From NCBI GenBank assembly GCA_046726415.1, contig JBKPAK010000269.1:1-45066 (forward strand): a stretch of DNA of 45,066 nucleotides, given 5' to 3'. The notes beneath the pieces were generated by a model, which did not search any database, was not told the DNA's origin, and was given only the letters and a program-made list of their open reading frames with translations. The number at the start of each line of letters is the position of its first letter. Within the stretch, counting starts at the first letter, position 1. This document shows, piece after piece, positions 23,407 through 33,285 of the stretch. A program made the position numbers and the translations under genes. This DNA is from Candidatus Methylomirabilota bacterium. Lineage in GTDB: Bacteria; Methylomirabilota; Methylomirabilia; Rokubacteriales; CSP1-6.

Positions 23407-26400
23407 GCGGGCAGCACCACCCGAAAGAGGCTGCCCTTGCCCGGGCGCGACGTGACCTCGATCCGGCCCCCGTGGTCGGCCACGATACCCTGGGCGATGG
23501 CCAGACCAAGGCCCGTTCCCTGGCCGGGTGGCTTCGTGGTGAAAAACGGATCGAAGATCCGGCCGAGCAGCTCGTCAGAAATCCCAGGACCTTCGTCCTC
23601 GAACTCGACCTCGACTTCCTCTCGCCGTCGCCGCGAGCGGATGGTCAGGGATCCTCCGCTGTCCATGGCCTCGAGCGCGTTCGCGGCGAGCCCGAGGAGG
23701 ACCTGTCGCATCTGCCCCTCGTTGACCGTCACGAACGGCAGCGCCGGATCCAGCTCCTCCACGAAACGACGGCTCGAGAAACGCGACTGGTGGGCCAGCA
23801 GTTCGATGGTCTTCTGAACGAGCGCGTTCAGGTCGGTCGGCGTCCGCCGGCTGCCCGGCTCGCGCACAAACTGCAACAGACTCCCGGTGATCTCCTTGCA
23901 GCGATACGTTTCCTCCTCGATGAGGCCGAGGTAGTGGCGAAAGTCCTCGGCCACAGGCAGGGACGCGAAGGCGCTCTCCTGCGTTCGGGCCAGGAGGGAC
24001 TCTGCACACCCGGCAATGGTGGCCAGCGGATTGTTCAGCTCGTGGGCCACGCCGGCGGCGAGACGGCCGGCCATGGTCAGGCGTTCGGTCAACAGCATCT
24101 GGCGCTCCAGGCGCTTGGCCTGGGTGATGTCGTCGACGAGGAGGACGAGGTGCGTGGGTTCCTCTCCCGCGATGCCCAGCGGCGCCGCGGTGAAGCGAAA
24201 CGTCCTCGCCTCTGCGGTCAGCACCATCTCGGACTCGAGCGAGCTGGCCTCGGTCGCGCGGAGCGCCGCGCGCAGGAAGCGATCGAGCAGCTCCGCTTGA
24301 TCGTCGGGCAGCAGCCGGGTGAACGTTGCCCCGCTGACGTCGCGGACGCCGAGCGCACCGGAGCCCTTGCGGTTGGCCCGGACCACGCCGAGCGCGGGGT
24401 CAAGGACGAACACCCCCAGGGGAATGGTCTCCAGTACCACCTCCACGAAGCGCTTTTGCGCATCCAGCTCGCGCGTGCGCTCGGCCACCACGCGCTCCTG
24501 CTCCGTGTACAGGCGGGCGTGCTCGAGGGCGATGGCGGCCTGGTCGGCTAGAGCGAGCAGCAGTTCCTCCTCGGCGGCCGAGAAGCGGCGCATCTCGCGG
24601 CGGAAGACGCTGATGGCCCCGATCGCGCGGTCACCCACCCGGAGGGGCGCGGCCATGAACGAACGGAACCCGCTCTGGCGGGAGAGATGCGGATAGAGCA
24701 CGCGCGAGTCACTCCACAGATCTTCCGATTGCACGGGCCGACGCTCCTGAACGGCCAGGCCCGCGATGCCCTCGCCCACCCGGATCCGGACCTGGCTCAC
24801 CATGCTCTCCGGCAGATCGAGACTGGCCACCATCACGAGCTCGCTGGTCGCCGGTTCGACGCGCGTGATGCTACAGGAGTCGACCCCGAGCACGCTGCGG
24901 GCCTGTTGCATGATGACCTGCACGGTCCGCGCGACGTCCAGGCTGGCCGTCACCGCCCGTCCGGCTTCGAGCAGCGCCCGGGTCTCCCGCGCCCGCCGCT
25001 CGCTTCGCTCGAAGAGCTGGGCATTGTGGATGGCGATTCCCGCCTGCTCGCCGAACGCTTCCAGCAGGCGCTGATGATGCGCCGTGAAGACGCCGGGCCG
25101 GGTGGAGAGGGCCGAGATGACCCCGATGGTCGTGGCGGCGTCCTTCAGAGGAACGCAGAGCATGGCGCGAATGCCCTCCTGCTCGTCGACGTCTCGGCGC
25201 GCTGAACGCGGATCGGTTCGGATGTCGCTCACCCGGATGGCCATCCCGCCCGCGGCGCAGCGGCCGATGATCCCCTCCCCCACCGGCATGGACAGTGCGC
25301 GCCACGCATCCGTCCGGAAGCCGTGCGCGGCGGCGTGCACCAAGTTTTCGCCCCTCTCATCGAGGAGCCCGATGCCGCAGCCAGTGCTCCCGATGAGCAC
25401 GCACACCGCGCGGCTGATCTGGTCCAGGACGGAGGCCAGATCCAGCCTGGCCGTGATGAGCTGGCTGGTCCGGAAGAGCGCGGCCAACTCCTCGGCGCGC
25501 CGGCTCGTCTCGTCGAGCAGTCGATGCCGCTCGATGGCCGCGGCCAGCGGACGGGTGATTTCCACCGCGATCTCGAGGTCGATGGCGTCGAAGGCATGGG
25601 GCCGACGCGCCGCCAAAGCAACCGCGCCGAATGCGCCGGCGCGAGACACGAGGGGCACCACGAGGGCCGCGCGGTAGCCCGCGGCCACCAGGCGCTCTCG
25701 CGCCCGCTCCGGAACATCCGAGACGCCCACATCATCGAGGCGCAGAGGCTCGTTTCGGGCCACCACCTGCGCCAACAGCGATCCGTCGAGCGGCATCGGG
25801 GCGAGGCCGCCACCAGCCGAGTGCGCGTGGCGCCCCCAGAGATCGATCCCTTCAGGCTGATCGCGATCGGGGTCGTACAAGAAGATCCCGACGGCGTCGA
25901 AGTCCACCAGGCGGGCGAGGCCGTCGACGAAAGCGCCCAACCCCTCGTCGAGCGCGCGGCGCGAGCTCCCCAGCTCGGTGACGACGTTCAGAACCTGGAT
26001 GCGGATGGCGCGCTGATGCAGCCACCAGACTCGCTCGAGAGCTCTTCCCAGCTCGCGCGGGAAGCTTGGCGGCAAGGCCCGGCGGGTGATCGCCTGGGGC
26101 GCGCCGACCAGGGCGATCTCTCCCACGCGGAGGCCCCCCCCGAGCGGAGCCCTCAGGACAGCCATGTGGCGTCCACCAGGGCTGGGCACTCTCACCCTGG
26201 TCAGGCGCATGGTCTGGGGATTGGCGCCGGTATGTTCGCGCAGGACCCGCTCCAAGGTCGGGCTCGGTCCCCGGGCTGCCACCGTCACCACCATCGGGTG
26301 GCCCCGGGGAGGCGCGAACATCAGCCGTCCCCCGCTGGCGCCGGTGATCCTGACGAGACGACGCAGTGTTCGCGTCAATCCTTCCTCGATCGAGATGTCG

Positions 26401-26447
26401 GCGCCCAGCGGCGCGAGCAGGTCGAGAAAAACGCCACCGATCTTCAC
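23403..26447 (-). CDS. Cytoplasmic multi-GAF + PAS histidine kinase, HK3
   Basis: Three GAF repeats (GEGIIG, GEGIAG), PAS-like region, AHELNNPL, DEGPGI, DPFFTTK, GTGLGL; no TM helix seen; probable GTG start at 26447. Confidence 0.88.
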   Translation of the reverse strand: MKIGGVFLDLLAPLGADISIEEGLTRTLRRLVRITGASGGRLMFAPPRGHPMVVTVAARGPSPTLERVLREHTGANPQTMRLTRVRVPSPGGRHMAVLRAPLGGGLRVGEIALVGAPQAITRRALPPSFPRELGRALERVWWLHQRAIRIQVLNVVTELGSSRRALDEGLGAFVDGLARLVDFDAVGIFLYDPDRDQPEGIDLWGRHAHSAGGGLAPMPLDGSLLAQVVARNEPLRLDDVGVSDVPERARERLVAAGYRAALVVPLVSRAGAFGAVALAARRPHAFDAIDLEIAVEITRPLAAAIERHRLLDETSRRAEELAALFRTSQLITARLDLASVLDQISRAVCVLIGSTGCGIGLLDERGENLVHAAAHGFRTDAWRALSMPVGEGIIGRCAAGGMAIRVSDIRTDPRSARRDVDEQEGIRAMLCVPLKDAATTIGVISALSTRPGVFTAHHQRLLEAFGEQAGIAIHNAQLFERSERRARETRALLEAGRAVTASLDVARTVQVIMQQARSVLGVDSCSITRVEPATSELVMVASLDLPESMVSQVRIRVGEGIAGLAVQERRPVQSEDLWSDSRVLYPHLSRQSGFRSFMAAPLRVGDRAIGAISVFRREMRRFSAAEEELLLALADQAAIALEHARLYTEQERVVAERTRELDAQKRFVEVVLETIPLGVFVLDPALGVVRANRKGSGALGVRDVSGATFTRLLPDDQAELLDRFLRAALRATEASSLESEMVLTAEARTFRFTAAPLGIAGEEPTHLVLLVDDITQAKRLERQMLLTERLTMAGRLAAGVAHELNNPLATIAGCAESLLARTQESAFASLPVAEDFRHYLGLIEEETYRCKEITGSLLQFVREPGSRRTPTDLNALVQKTIELLAHQSRFSSRRFVEELDPALPFVTVNEGQMRQVLLGLAANALEAMDSGGSLTIRSRRRREEVEVEFEDEGPGISDELLGRIFDPFFTTKPPGQGTGLGLAIAQGIVADHGGRIEVTSRPGKGSLFRVVLPA

Positions 26448-26466
26448 GAGCGCCTCGCGCGATCGC

Positions 26467-28062
26467 TCACGGCGGCGTGAGGAGGCGACCAGGCAGGCTG
26501 CCGGAATGCTCGCCGTCCTTGACCACAAAGCGCCCGTTGACGAGCACGTGCTCGATGCCCAGCGGGTAGCGATGGGGATCTTCGTATGTGGCCTGATCAA
26601 CCACCTGGGCGGAATCGAACACCACCAAGTCGGCCTTGGCGCCTACCTTGATTACCCCGCGGTCCTCGAGGCCAAGGCGCCGGGCGGGAAGCCCCGTCAT
26701 TCTGTGCACGGCCTGGGGCAGCGAGAGCACGCGTTGCTCCCGCACGTACTCTCCGAGCACGCGCGGGAACGTTCCATAGTTGCGGGGATGGGGCTTGCCT
26801 TCGAACAGCTCACCATAGGTGGCCAGGGCCGAGCCGTCGGAGCCGATCATCACCAGGGGGTGGCCGAGCGCGCGGCGGAGGTCGGCCTCATCGAGCTGGA
26901 AGAGGATCATGGACGCTCGACCGCGCTCGTCCAGCAGCAGCTCGAAGGCCGCATCGAGCGGATCCATGCCGCGCGCGCGTCCGATCTCCGACAGGCGCCT
27001 CCCCTCCGCGTCCCGGCGCCGCGCGCACCACGAGATCACCACGTTTTCCCAGCCAACGCGCTCGACGACGCCCTGCCCGTTGGGTGGGGCTTCGATGTCT
27101 CGGCGGATGCGGGCGCGTGCATCGGGATCCCCCAGTCGCTCGAGCATGGCCTCGACGCCCCCCTCCAACGCCCAGTCCGGCAGCAATGTCCGCAGCGTGG
27201 TGCTGGAGGCGGTATACGGATAGACATCCGCCATAACGTCGATGCCGTCGGCCCGCGCCGCGTCGATATGGCTCAGAGCCGCGGCCACCTTGCCCCAGTT
27301 CGGACGCCCGGACGCTTTGATGTGGCTGATCTGCACGGGCATCGCATTCTCTCTGCCCACGCGAATGGCCTCGTCGACCGCGGGGAGCAGGGTCGCTCCC
27401 TCTCCCCGAATGTGGCTGGCGTACAACCCTCGCCGACGGGCCGCGGCACTCGCCACCGCCACGATCTCCTCGGTGGTCGCAAAGGAGCCGGGCGCGTAGA
27501 TGAGACCCGTGGACAAGCCCCAGGCTCCGGCGTCCATGGCCTGGTCGAGCAAGCGCTGCATGAGGCCCAGTTCCCGAGCGGCGGGCGGGCGTCGAGCAAA
27601 GCCCATGGCGGCGATCCGCAAGGTGCCGTGGCCGACGAGGTGAATCACGTTGAGGCCGAGGCCTTCGCCATCGAAAGCGCGGAGGTAATCGCCGAACGAG
27701 CGCCAGCCGAAGTCCATGCCGCTTGGAACGCGGAGGGCGAACTCTCTCAGGTCCTCGAGGAACTCGGTGGACGCCGGAGCTGGCGAGAAGCCGCAGTTCC
27801 CCACCACCTCGACGGTCACGCCCTGCCGAATCTTCGACTCCGCCCGGCGATTGGCCCACAGCGCCCAGTCGGAGTGCGAGTGCATGTCGATGAAGCCCGG
27901 CGCCACTGTCTTCCCCGCCGCGCGCAAGTGACTGCCCGCGCGCTCGCGCGAGAGATCCCCGACCGCCACGATCGTGTCGTCGCGGATCCCGACATCCGCG
28001 CGCCAACCAGCCACGCCGGTCCCGTCGATCACGGTGGCGCCCTCGACCTTGAGGTCGAGCAT
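26467..28062 (-). CDS. N-acyl-D-amino-acid deacylase (D-aminoacylase)
   Basis: APGFIDMHSHSD, QGVT..VVGNCG, GLSTGLIYAPG, SHIR, HPRNYGTFPRVL; TGATG overlap with the amidase stop. Confidence 0.92.
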   Translation of the reverse strand: MLDLKVEGATVIDGTGVAGWRADVGIRDDTIVAVGDLSRERAGSHLRAAGKTVAPGFIDMHSHSDWALWANRRAESKIRQGVTVEVVGNCGFSPAPASTEFLEDLREFALRVPSGMDFGWRSFGDYLRAFDGEGLGLNVIHLVGHGTLRIAAMGFARRPPAARELGLMQRLLDQAMDAGAWGLSTGLIYAPGSFATTEEIVAVASAAARRRGLYASHIRGEGATLLPAVDEAIRVGRENAMPVQISHIKASGRPNWGKVAAALSHIDAARADGIDVMADVYPYTASSTTLRTLLPDWALEGGVEAMLERLGDPDARARIRRDIEAPPNGQGVVERVGWENVVISWCARRRDAEGRRLSEIGRARGMDPLDAAFELLLDERGRASMILFQLDEADLRRALGHPLVMIGSDGSALATYGELFEGKPHPRNYGTFPRVLGEYVREQRVLSLPQAVHRMTGLPARRLGLEDRGVIKVGAKADLVVFDSAQVVDQATYEDPHRYPLGIEHVLVNGRFVVKDGEHSGSLPGRLLTPP

Positions 28063-29381
28063 CAGAACACCGGCGCCGCGGCAAACCCGATGATGCGCTC
28101 GCACCAAGCGGCCACCCCGAGAAGATGCGCATCGGCCCCCGTCGCCTGGGCGAGCTGAATGGCGTGGGGCAGGCCCTGCCCATCGATCCCGCTGGGCAGC
28201 GCGATGGCCGGAACGCCGGTCCAGCTCCAGACCGCGCAGAGCGATGGGTCGCCGGTCGAGCCGAGCCCCGCGGGCGCGGTCGAAGGGGCCACCGGCGTCA
28301 TGAGCGCATCGTACTTGGCGAGGAGGGGCATCACCTCGTCGCGGAAGAGCAGGCGGGCCCGCTGCGCGGCGATGTAGGCCGTGGCCGCATGCCCCCGCCC
28401 GGCACTCACCATCGCGCGGATGCCCGGAGCATACTCGTCGGCGTGACCGGCGAAGGCCTCGGCGTGGTAGGCCGCCGCCTCCGCCTCCAGCACAACGTGG
28501 CCCCTGGCCCGCAGTTCCGCGTATGACAGCGGAAGCTTCACCTCGCTGATCGTGGCCCCCGCTCGCGCCAGGGCGTCGGCCGTGGCGACGACCTGCGCGG
28601 CCACCTCCGACTGCGCGGCGTCGATGAGCTCTCGCGCGAGGGCAATGCGGGGGGCTCGCGCGGGAACCGCAATCCTCGCGCGGTCACCGCTCAGCACCTC
28701 GAAGGCGAGGGCCGCGTCCTCCGCCGAGCGGGCGAGGATGCCCACGTGATCGTAGGACCACGCCAGCGGGATGACCCCGTCCGCGGGGATTGCCCCGTAG
28801 GTGCCCTTGTAGCCGACGACGCCGCAATAGGCGGCCGGCCGCAGCACCGAGCCGCCGGTTTGTGTGCCGACCGCGAGCGGGACCATGCGGGCGGCCACCG
28901 CGGCCGCCGAGCCCGCCGAGGAACCACCGGGAGTGTGTTGGCGGTTCCAGGGATTGCGAGTCGGTGCCGGATCGCGCGAGGCGAACTGGGTGGTGTGGGT
29001 TTTCCCGACGATGACTGCTCCCGCCGCGCGCAGCCGCGCCACGGCAATGGCGTCGGTGGAGGGCACCGAGTGCGCGAACGCCGGCGCTCCCGCCCGGGTG
29101 GGCATTGCGGCCACGTGGATGATGTCTTTGATCCCGACGGGGATGCCGTGCAGGACCCCCCGCAACGTGCCCGCCTTGGCTTCCCGGTCGGCGGCGAGAG
29201 CGGCGGCGTGGGCGCCCGGCTCGTCCACGTGAACCCAGGCCTCGATAGCGCGGTCGCGCGCGCGCACGCGGGCCAGACACGCATCGACGAGGGCCACCGG
29301 CGACACGGTGCCGTTGCGGATGCGGCGGGCCGCCGCCGCGACGCCCAGAGCCATCAGATCGGGATCAGAAACGGCTGGCAC
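28062..29381 (-). CDS. Amidase-signature family protein
   Basis: LHGIPVGIKD, HTPGGSSAGSAAAVA, GTQTGGSVLRPAAYCG. Confidence 0.92.
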   Translation of the reverse strand: MPAVSDPDLMALGVAAAARRIRNGTVSPVALVDACLARVRARDRAIEAWVHVDEPGAHAAALAADREAKAGTLRGVLHGIPVGIKDIIHVAAMPTRAGAPAFAHSVPSTDAIAVARLRAAGAVIVGKTHTTQFASRDPAPTRNPWNRQHTPGGSSAGSAAAVAARMVPLAVGTQTGGSVLRPAAYCGVVGYKGTYGAIPADGVIPLAWSYDHVGILARSAEDAALAFEVLSGDRARIAVPARAPRIALARELIDAAQSEVAAQVVATADALARAGATISEVKLPLSYAELRARGHVVLEAEAAAYHAEAFAGHADEYAPGIRAMVSAGRGHAATAYIAAQRARLLFRDEVMPLLAKYDALMTPVAPSTAPAGLGSTGDPSLCAVWSWTGVPAIALPSGIDGQGLPHAIQLAQATGADAHLLGVAAWCERIIGFAAAPVF

Positions 29382-29901
29382 GCGCTGTCCCGTCGCAGGT
29401 CCTCAGGATTGAAAGGAGGCGGCTGACGACCTGATCCACTCCGAGCCCCGTGGTATCGATGGTGAGATGCGCTTGCTGGTAGTAGGGTTCGCGCTGCCGA
29501 TAGAGGGCGTCGATCTCCTCACGCGAGCGACCGGCGAGCATCGGACGCGTACCGGAACGACGGGCACGCTCGAAGCCGACGCCGATATCGTTCTTCAACC
29601 AGATGACCGTGCCCAACTCGCGAAGCCGGCTCATCCGCCCCTCCCGACACGGCAGGCCTCCGCCTGTCGCGATGACGTCGCCGGCCTTGAGGGCGAGGGC
29701 ATCCAGCGCGTCGCCTTCGAGCTGGCGAAAGCGCTCTTCACCATCGAGGCGGAAGATCTCGGGGATCGAGCGTCCCTGGCGGCCGGTGACCATGTCGTCC
29801 GTTTCCACGAAGCATCGTCCCAGGCGGCGCGCCAGGAGCCGCCCCACCGTCGACTTCCCCGCTCCCATGAAACCGATCAGGATGATGTTGGCAGCAGGCA
29901 T
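29365..29901 (-). CDS. aroK: Shikimate kinase
   Basis: IGFMGAGKSTVG, GEERFR, IATGGG, RPML, REPYY; start ATG 29901 (alternative 29910). Confidence 0.92.
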   Translation of the reverse strand: MPAANIILIGFMGAGKSTVGRLLARRLGRCFVETDDMVTGRQGRSIPEIFRLDGEERFRQLEGDALDALALKAGDVIATGGGLPCREGRMSRLRELGTVIWLKNDIGVGFERARRSGTRPMLAGRSREEIDALYRQREPYYQQAHLTIDTTGLGVDQVVSRLLSILRTCDGTARASRF

Positions 29902-29926
29902 TGGCCGCATCGTACCAAACTGACAT

Positions 29927-30061
29927 GGGGGTCTCGAATGCCCCCCGCCTCCCAACGCTCGAGGCGCACCGGCGCAGCCGTGACGCCTCTCGATCTGGCT
30001 GGCCGTTTTGGGTGCCCTGCCCGCCCCGGCGCTACGCGGAGGGGGGCTCGACATGCCCCCC
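29927..30061. repeat. Two REP-like GC hairpins in the intergenic region
   Basis: GGGGGTCTCGAATGCCCCCC (29927-29946) and GGGGGGCTCGACATGCCCCCC (30041-30061). Confidence 0.55.
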
Positions 30062-30106
30062 GATGCCCTCAGCCGTCCGGCGCGGTCCAGGAAGCAGGCG
30101 TTCCGG

Positions 30107-30832
30107 TCAGCGATGGACGCGACGGCGAGCTGGGACGCGGCGGTAGGCGCACGCCGCCATCCAGCAACGTGCGCACTGGCTGAAATAGTCGTCGACGTGC
30201 GCCGTCACGCCCGCTCCGACGAGCAGCGTGATGCTCTTCTCCGGCGTCATGAAGCACGCCGCATTCAGCGCCACGCCCACGGCCGCTCCGGGGCAGAGAC
30301 GGAACAGGAGGGATTGCTCGCGGACATCCCAGCTGCCATAGCCGGGGCTGATCCGGTTGGTAACGCGGAGCCCGTGGGCGAGGCCCTCGTGGCAGAGCAC
30401 GTCGTTCACGTACTCGGCGAGGCTCTCCGCGGCTGCCGAGCCGACGCTGTCGAGCATCGCCGCCAAGGGCAGCTCGCGCGCGTTCCACAGCTCGCGTACG
30501 CGCTGCTCGACCGCGTCACCGATGGTGCAGACGGCCGCGGCGACCAGCTCGACGCGTCCCCACCGAGCACCGATGCCGGAAATGTTCAGAACCTCTGCCG
30601 GAATTTCCAGCGCGTCGGCGCTGCCTTCGATCACCGGCAGCCAGCGCACGACGGCCGCGGGAGCCATGAGCCGTCGGCCCAGTGCCATCGCCTCGTCGAA
30701 GAGCTTCGAGACGGCCGGCGATGGTGGGCCGCTCGACGCCTTATACCCCTGGAAGCGCAGGACTTCGGCCGGGTCGATCTCGAGGGCGATGTCGCGGAGA
30801 ACCTTCGGTGTCGCGTCGAGAAGAGCTGACAC
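30107..30832 (-). CDS. Stand-alone B12 methionine synthase reactivation (AdoMet) domain protein
   Basis: AVCTIG, LDSVGS..AE, RISPGYGSW, MTPEKSIT, C-terminal CARC...CAYRR; GTG 30832 overlaps the upstream TAG. Confidence 0.82.
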   Translation of the reverse strand: MSALLDATPKVLRDIALEIDPAEVLRFQGYKASSGPPSPAVSKLFDEAMALGRRLMAPAAVVRWLPVIEGSADALEIPAEVLNISGIGARWGRVELVAAAVCTIGDAVEQRVRELWNARELPLAAMLDSVGSAAAESLAEYVNDVLCHEGLAHGLRVTNRISPGYGSWDVREQSLLFRLCPGAAVGVALNAACFMTPEKSITLLVGAGVTAHVDDYFSQCARCWMAACAYRRVPARRRVHR

Positions 30833-31749
30833 TACGCGGTACGCGCGCGAACGACCTCGGCGATGCGGCGGATGTGCTCGGGGTTGGAGCCACAACAGGC
30901 ACCCACGATATTGCAGCCGGCGTCGAGGAGCGACGGATACTCGCGGGCCATCGCCTCTGGTCCGAGCTCGTACTCCACGTGGTCACCTCTGGTGACGGGC
31001 AGGCCCGCGTTCGGATAGGCGACGAGCGGCGCGTCGGTGACGCCCCGCATCTCCCGGATGATGGCGATAGCGCGGTCGGGCCCCCGCCCGCAGTTCATGC
31101 CCACGATGTCGGCTCCGGCCGTGAGAAGGCCCTTGGCCACCTCGGCCGGGCTTTCGCCCCACATCGTCCGATCCCGATCGTGCAGCTCCTCGTACTGGAA
31201 GAACATGGTGGCCATGACGGGAAGATCGGTCACCACCTTGCACGCGCGGATGGCCGCCGCGGCTTCCTGGGGAAACATCATGGTTTCGACGGCAAACAGG
31301 TCGACGCCACCTTCGGCCAACGCTTCGGCCTGCTCGCGGAAGTTCTCGTAGTACTCGTTGTCGGTGGCGACGTTGTCCCCGACCCCGAACTCCGCGGGCA
31401 CGCAGCTGGTGGGCCCGATGGACCCGGCGACGAAGCGCTCAGAAGGGGCCACCGCCTTGGCCAACCGCGCGCCCTTGTTGTTCAGCTCGCGCGTGCGGTC
31501 GCCGATCCCGTACTCCTTGAGCTTCAGGCGCGTCGCACCAAAGGTATTGGTCTCGACGATCTCGCTCCCCGCGTCGAAGTAGCCCCGATGGATGCCGCGC
31601 ACCACATCGGGATGCGTGTCGTTCCACAGCTCCGGGCACGCCCCGTTGAGGAGCCCGGCCGCGAAGAGCATGGTGCCGTAGCCGCCGTCGAAGAGGAGGA
31701 TCTCCCCGCGGCGGACGCGCTCGACGACCTCCCACCCGCGCGCCTTCAC
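30832..31749 (-). CDS. Homocysteine S-methyltransferase domain protein (MetH N-terminal module)
   Basis: LFDGGYGT, ETNTFGA, VAGSIGP, GMNCG, YPNAGLP, GACCG (Zn ligands). Confidence 0.92.
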   Translation of the reverse strand: MKARGWEVVERVRRGEILLFDGGYGTMLFAAGLLNGACPELWNDTHPDVVRGIHRGYFDAGSEIVETNTFGATRLKLKEYGIGDRTRELNNKGARLAKAVAPSERFVAGSIGPTSCVPAEFGVGDNVATDNEYYENFREQAEALAEGGVDLFAVETMMFPQEAAAAIRACKVVTDLPVMATMFFQYEELHDRDRTMWGESPAEVAKGLLTAGADIVGMNCGRGPDRAIAIIREMRGVTDAPLVAYPNAGLPVTRGDHVEYELGPEAMAREYPSLLDAGCNIVGACCGSNPEHIRRIAEVVRARTA

Positions 31750-32426
31750 GACCCCGTCGCCCGCACCTTCGCCGTCACGCCCATGAGCACCTTGGCCTTC
31801 ACCACGGCCAAGGTGGAGTCCTTGGCGTAGCCGTCGGCGCCGATCTCATCGGCGAAAGCCTGGCTGACGGGCGCACCGCCCACCATGACCATGACCTGCT
31901 CCCGCAGCCCCGCCTTGATCAGGGCGTCGACGGTGCGTTTCATGGCGGGCATGGTGGTGGTCATGAGGGCGGAAATGCCCACGATGGTGGCGTCGTGCTC
32001 GCGCACCGCTTCGACGAACTTCTCGGGCGCCACGTCCCGCCCGAGGTTGACGACCTTGAAGCCCGCGCCCTCCAGCATCATGGCCACGAGGTTCTTACCG
32101 ATGTCGTGGAGATCGCCCTGAGCCGTCCCGATCACCACGATCCCGTGATAGTCGTCACTCTTGGCGGCGGCGGTGATGAGAGGCTTGAGGAGGTCGAGGC
32201 CGGCGTACATTGCCCGGGCGGACAGCAGCACCTGCGGCACGTAGTACTCGTTGCGGCGGAATTTCTCGCCGACGACGTCCATACCCGGGATGAGTCCCTT
32301 GAAGATCAGCTCCTTAGGATCGAGGGACGCATCGAGGCCCTCGCGCGTCTTGCGCGCCACCGTGTCCCTGTCCCCGAGGATCAAGGCGCGCGCCATCGTC
32401 GGATAATCAAAGAATTCCGCGCTCAT
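31746..32426 (-). CDS. Corrinoid (B12-binding) protein
   Basis: Cap LIPGMDVVG; GDLHDIGKNLV (DxHxxG); SALMTTT; VGGAP; GADGY. Confidence 0.93.
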   Translation of the reverse strand: MSAEFFDYPTMARALILGDRDTVARKTREGLDASLDPKELIFKGLIPGMDVVGEKFRRNEYYVPQVLLSARAMYAGLDLLKPLITAAAKSDDYHGIVVIGTAQGDLHDIGKNLVAMMLEGAGFKVVNLGRDVAPEKFVEAVREHDATIVGISALMTTTMPAMKRTVDALIKAGLREQVMVMVGGAPVSQAFADEIGADGYAKDSTLAVVKAKVLMGVTAKVRATGS

Positions 32427-32482
32427 GCGCGTGTTCTAACACATAGCGTCGAAGGCGGCAACCTGCTAGGCTTTCGCCCTAC

Positions 32483-33265
32483 ATGAATCTCCGCGTGCTG
32501 GGCGGATATGGCAGCGTCGGCGTCCATCGACGCCCGTCAGCCTTCCTGATCGATGGGCGCACGCTCCTCGACGCCGGCACCGTGGCCGCCGCGCTGGACA
32601 TCCCCGAGCAGTTCTCCATCGAGCACGCTCTGATCTCGCACTCGCACCTCGACCACACGACGGGACTGGCCTTTCTGGCCGAGACACTGGCTCTGGTCAG
32701 CGAGGCTGAGGGCCGGCCGGCCGCCCGGCCGGTCACGGTGTTGAGCATCGCGCCTGTAGTAGCCGCGCTGCGCACCTCAGTCTTCAACAACGACCTTTGG
32801 CCCGATTTCGCGGCGATACCGCCGCGCGCGCCCGTTCTCGCGTGTCGTGACCTCGCGGAGCGTCGCGAGCAACGGGTCGGAGACCTATGGGTCACGCCCA
32901 TCGCGGTCGACCACTCCGTCCCCACCAGCGGCTTCATTGTCCACGACGGCCGCACCGGGCTCGTGTACTCCGGCGACACGGCACCGACGACCGCGATCTG
33001 GCAGGCCGCGCGCGACCGGCGCGGCCTGGCCGCGATCATTCTGGAGTGCTCATTCCCCAACCGGCTGGAGAAGCTGGCGGCCCTTGCCAAGCACATGACG
33101 CCGCGACTCGTCGAGCGAGAGCTCGACAAGCTGCCCCCTGACATTCCCGTGTGGATCTTCCACATCAAGGCGCCCTTTTACGAGGAAACGGCCGGAGAGC
33201 TGTCGCGCATCGAGGGCGCCGGCCGCCTCGTCCTCCTGGAGCAAGACAAGACCTACATCCTGTGA
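32483..33265 (+). CDS. Metallo-beta-lactamase-fold hydrolase, class II cyclic-nucleotide phosphodiesterase-like
   Basis: LLDAGT, SHSHLDH, FNNDLWPDF, VDHSVP, YSGDT, ECSFPN, HMTP, FHIK. Confidence 0.8.
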   Translation: MNLRVLGGYGSVGVHRRPSAFLIDGRTLLDAGTVAAALDIPEQFSIEHALISHSHLDHTTGLAFLAETLALVSEAEGRPAARPVTVLSIAPVVAALRTSVFNNDLWPDFAAIPPRAPVLACRDLAERREQRVGDLWVTPIAVDHSVPTSGFIVHDGRTGLVYSGDTAPTTAIWQAARDRRGLAAIILECSFPNRLEKLAALAKHMTPRLVERELDKLPPDIPVWIFHIKAPFYEETAGELSRIEGAGRLVLLEQDKTYIL

Positions 33266-33285
33266 CGCCGCCCGTCCTTCCCTGA

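Noticed and set aside
28062-29381. gatA
   Set aside because: No gatB/gatC adjacent; generic amidase-signature enzyme next to a deacylase
32427-32482. Cobalamin or SAM riboswitch upstream of the corrinoid operon
   Set aside because: The intergenic space is only 56 bp between divergent genes and shows no recognisable aptamer motif
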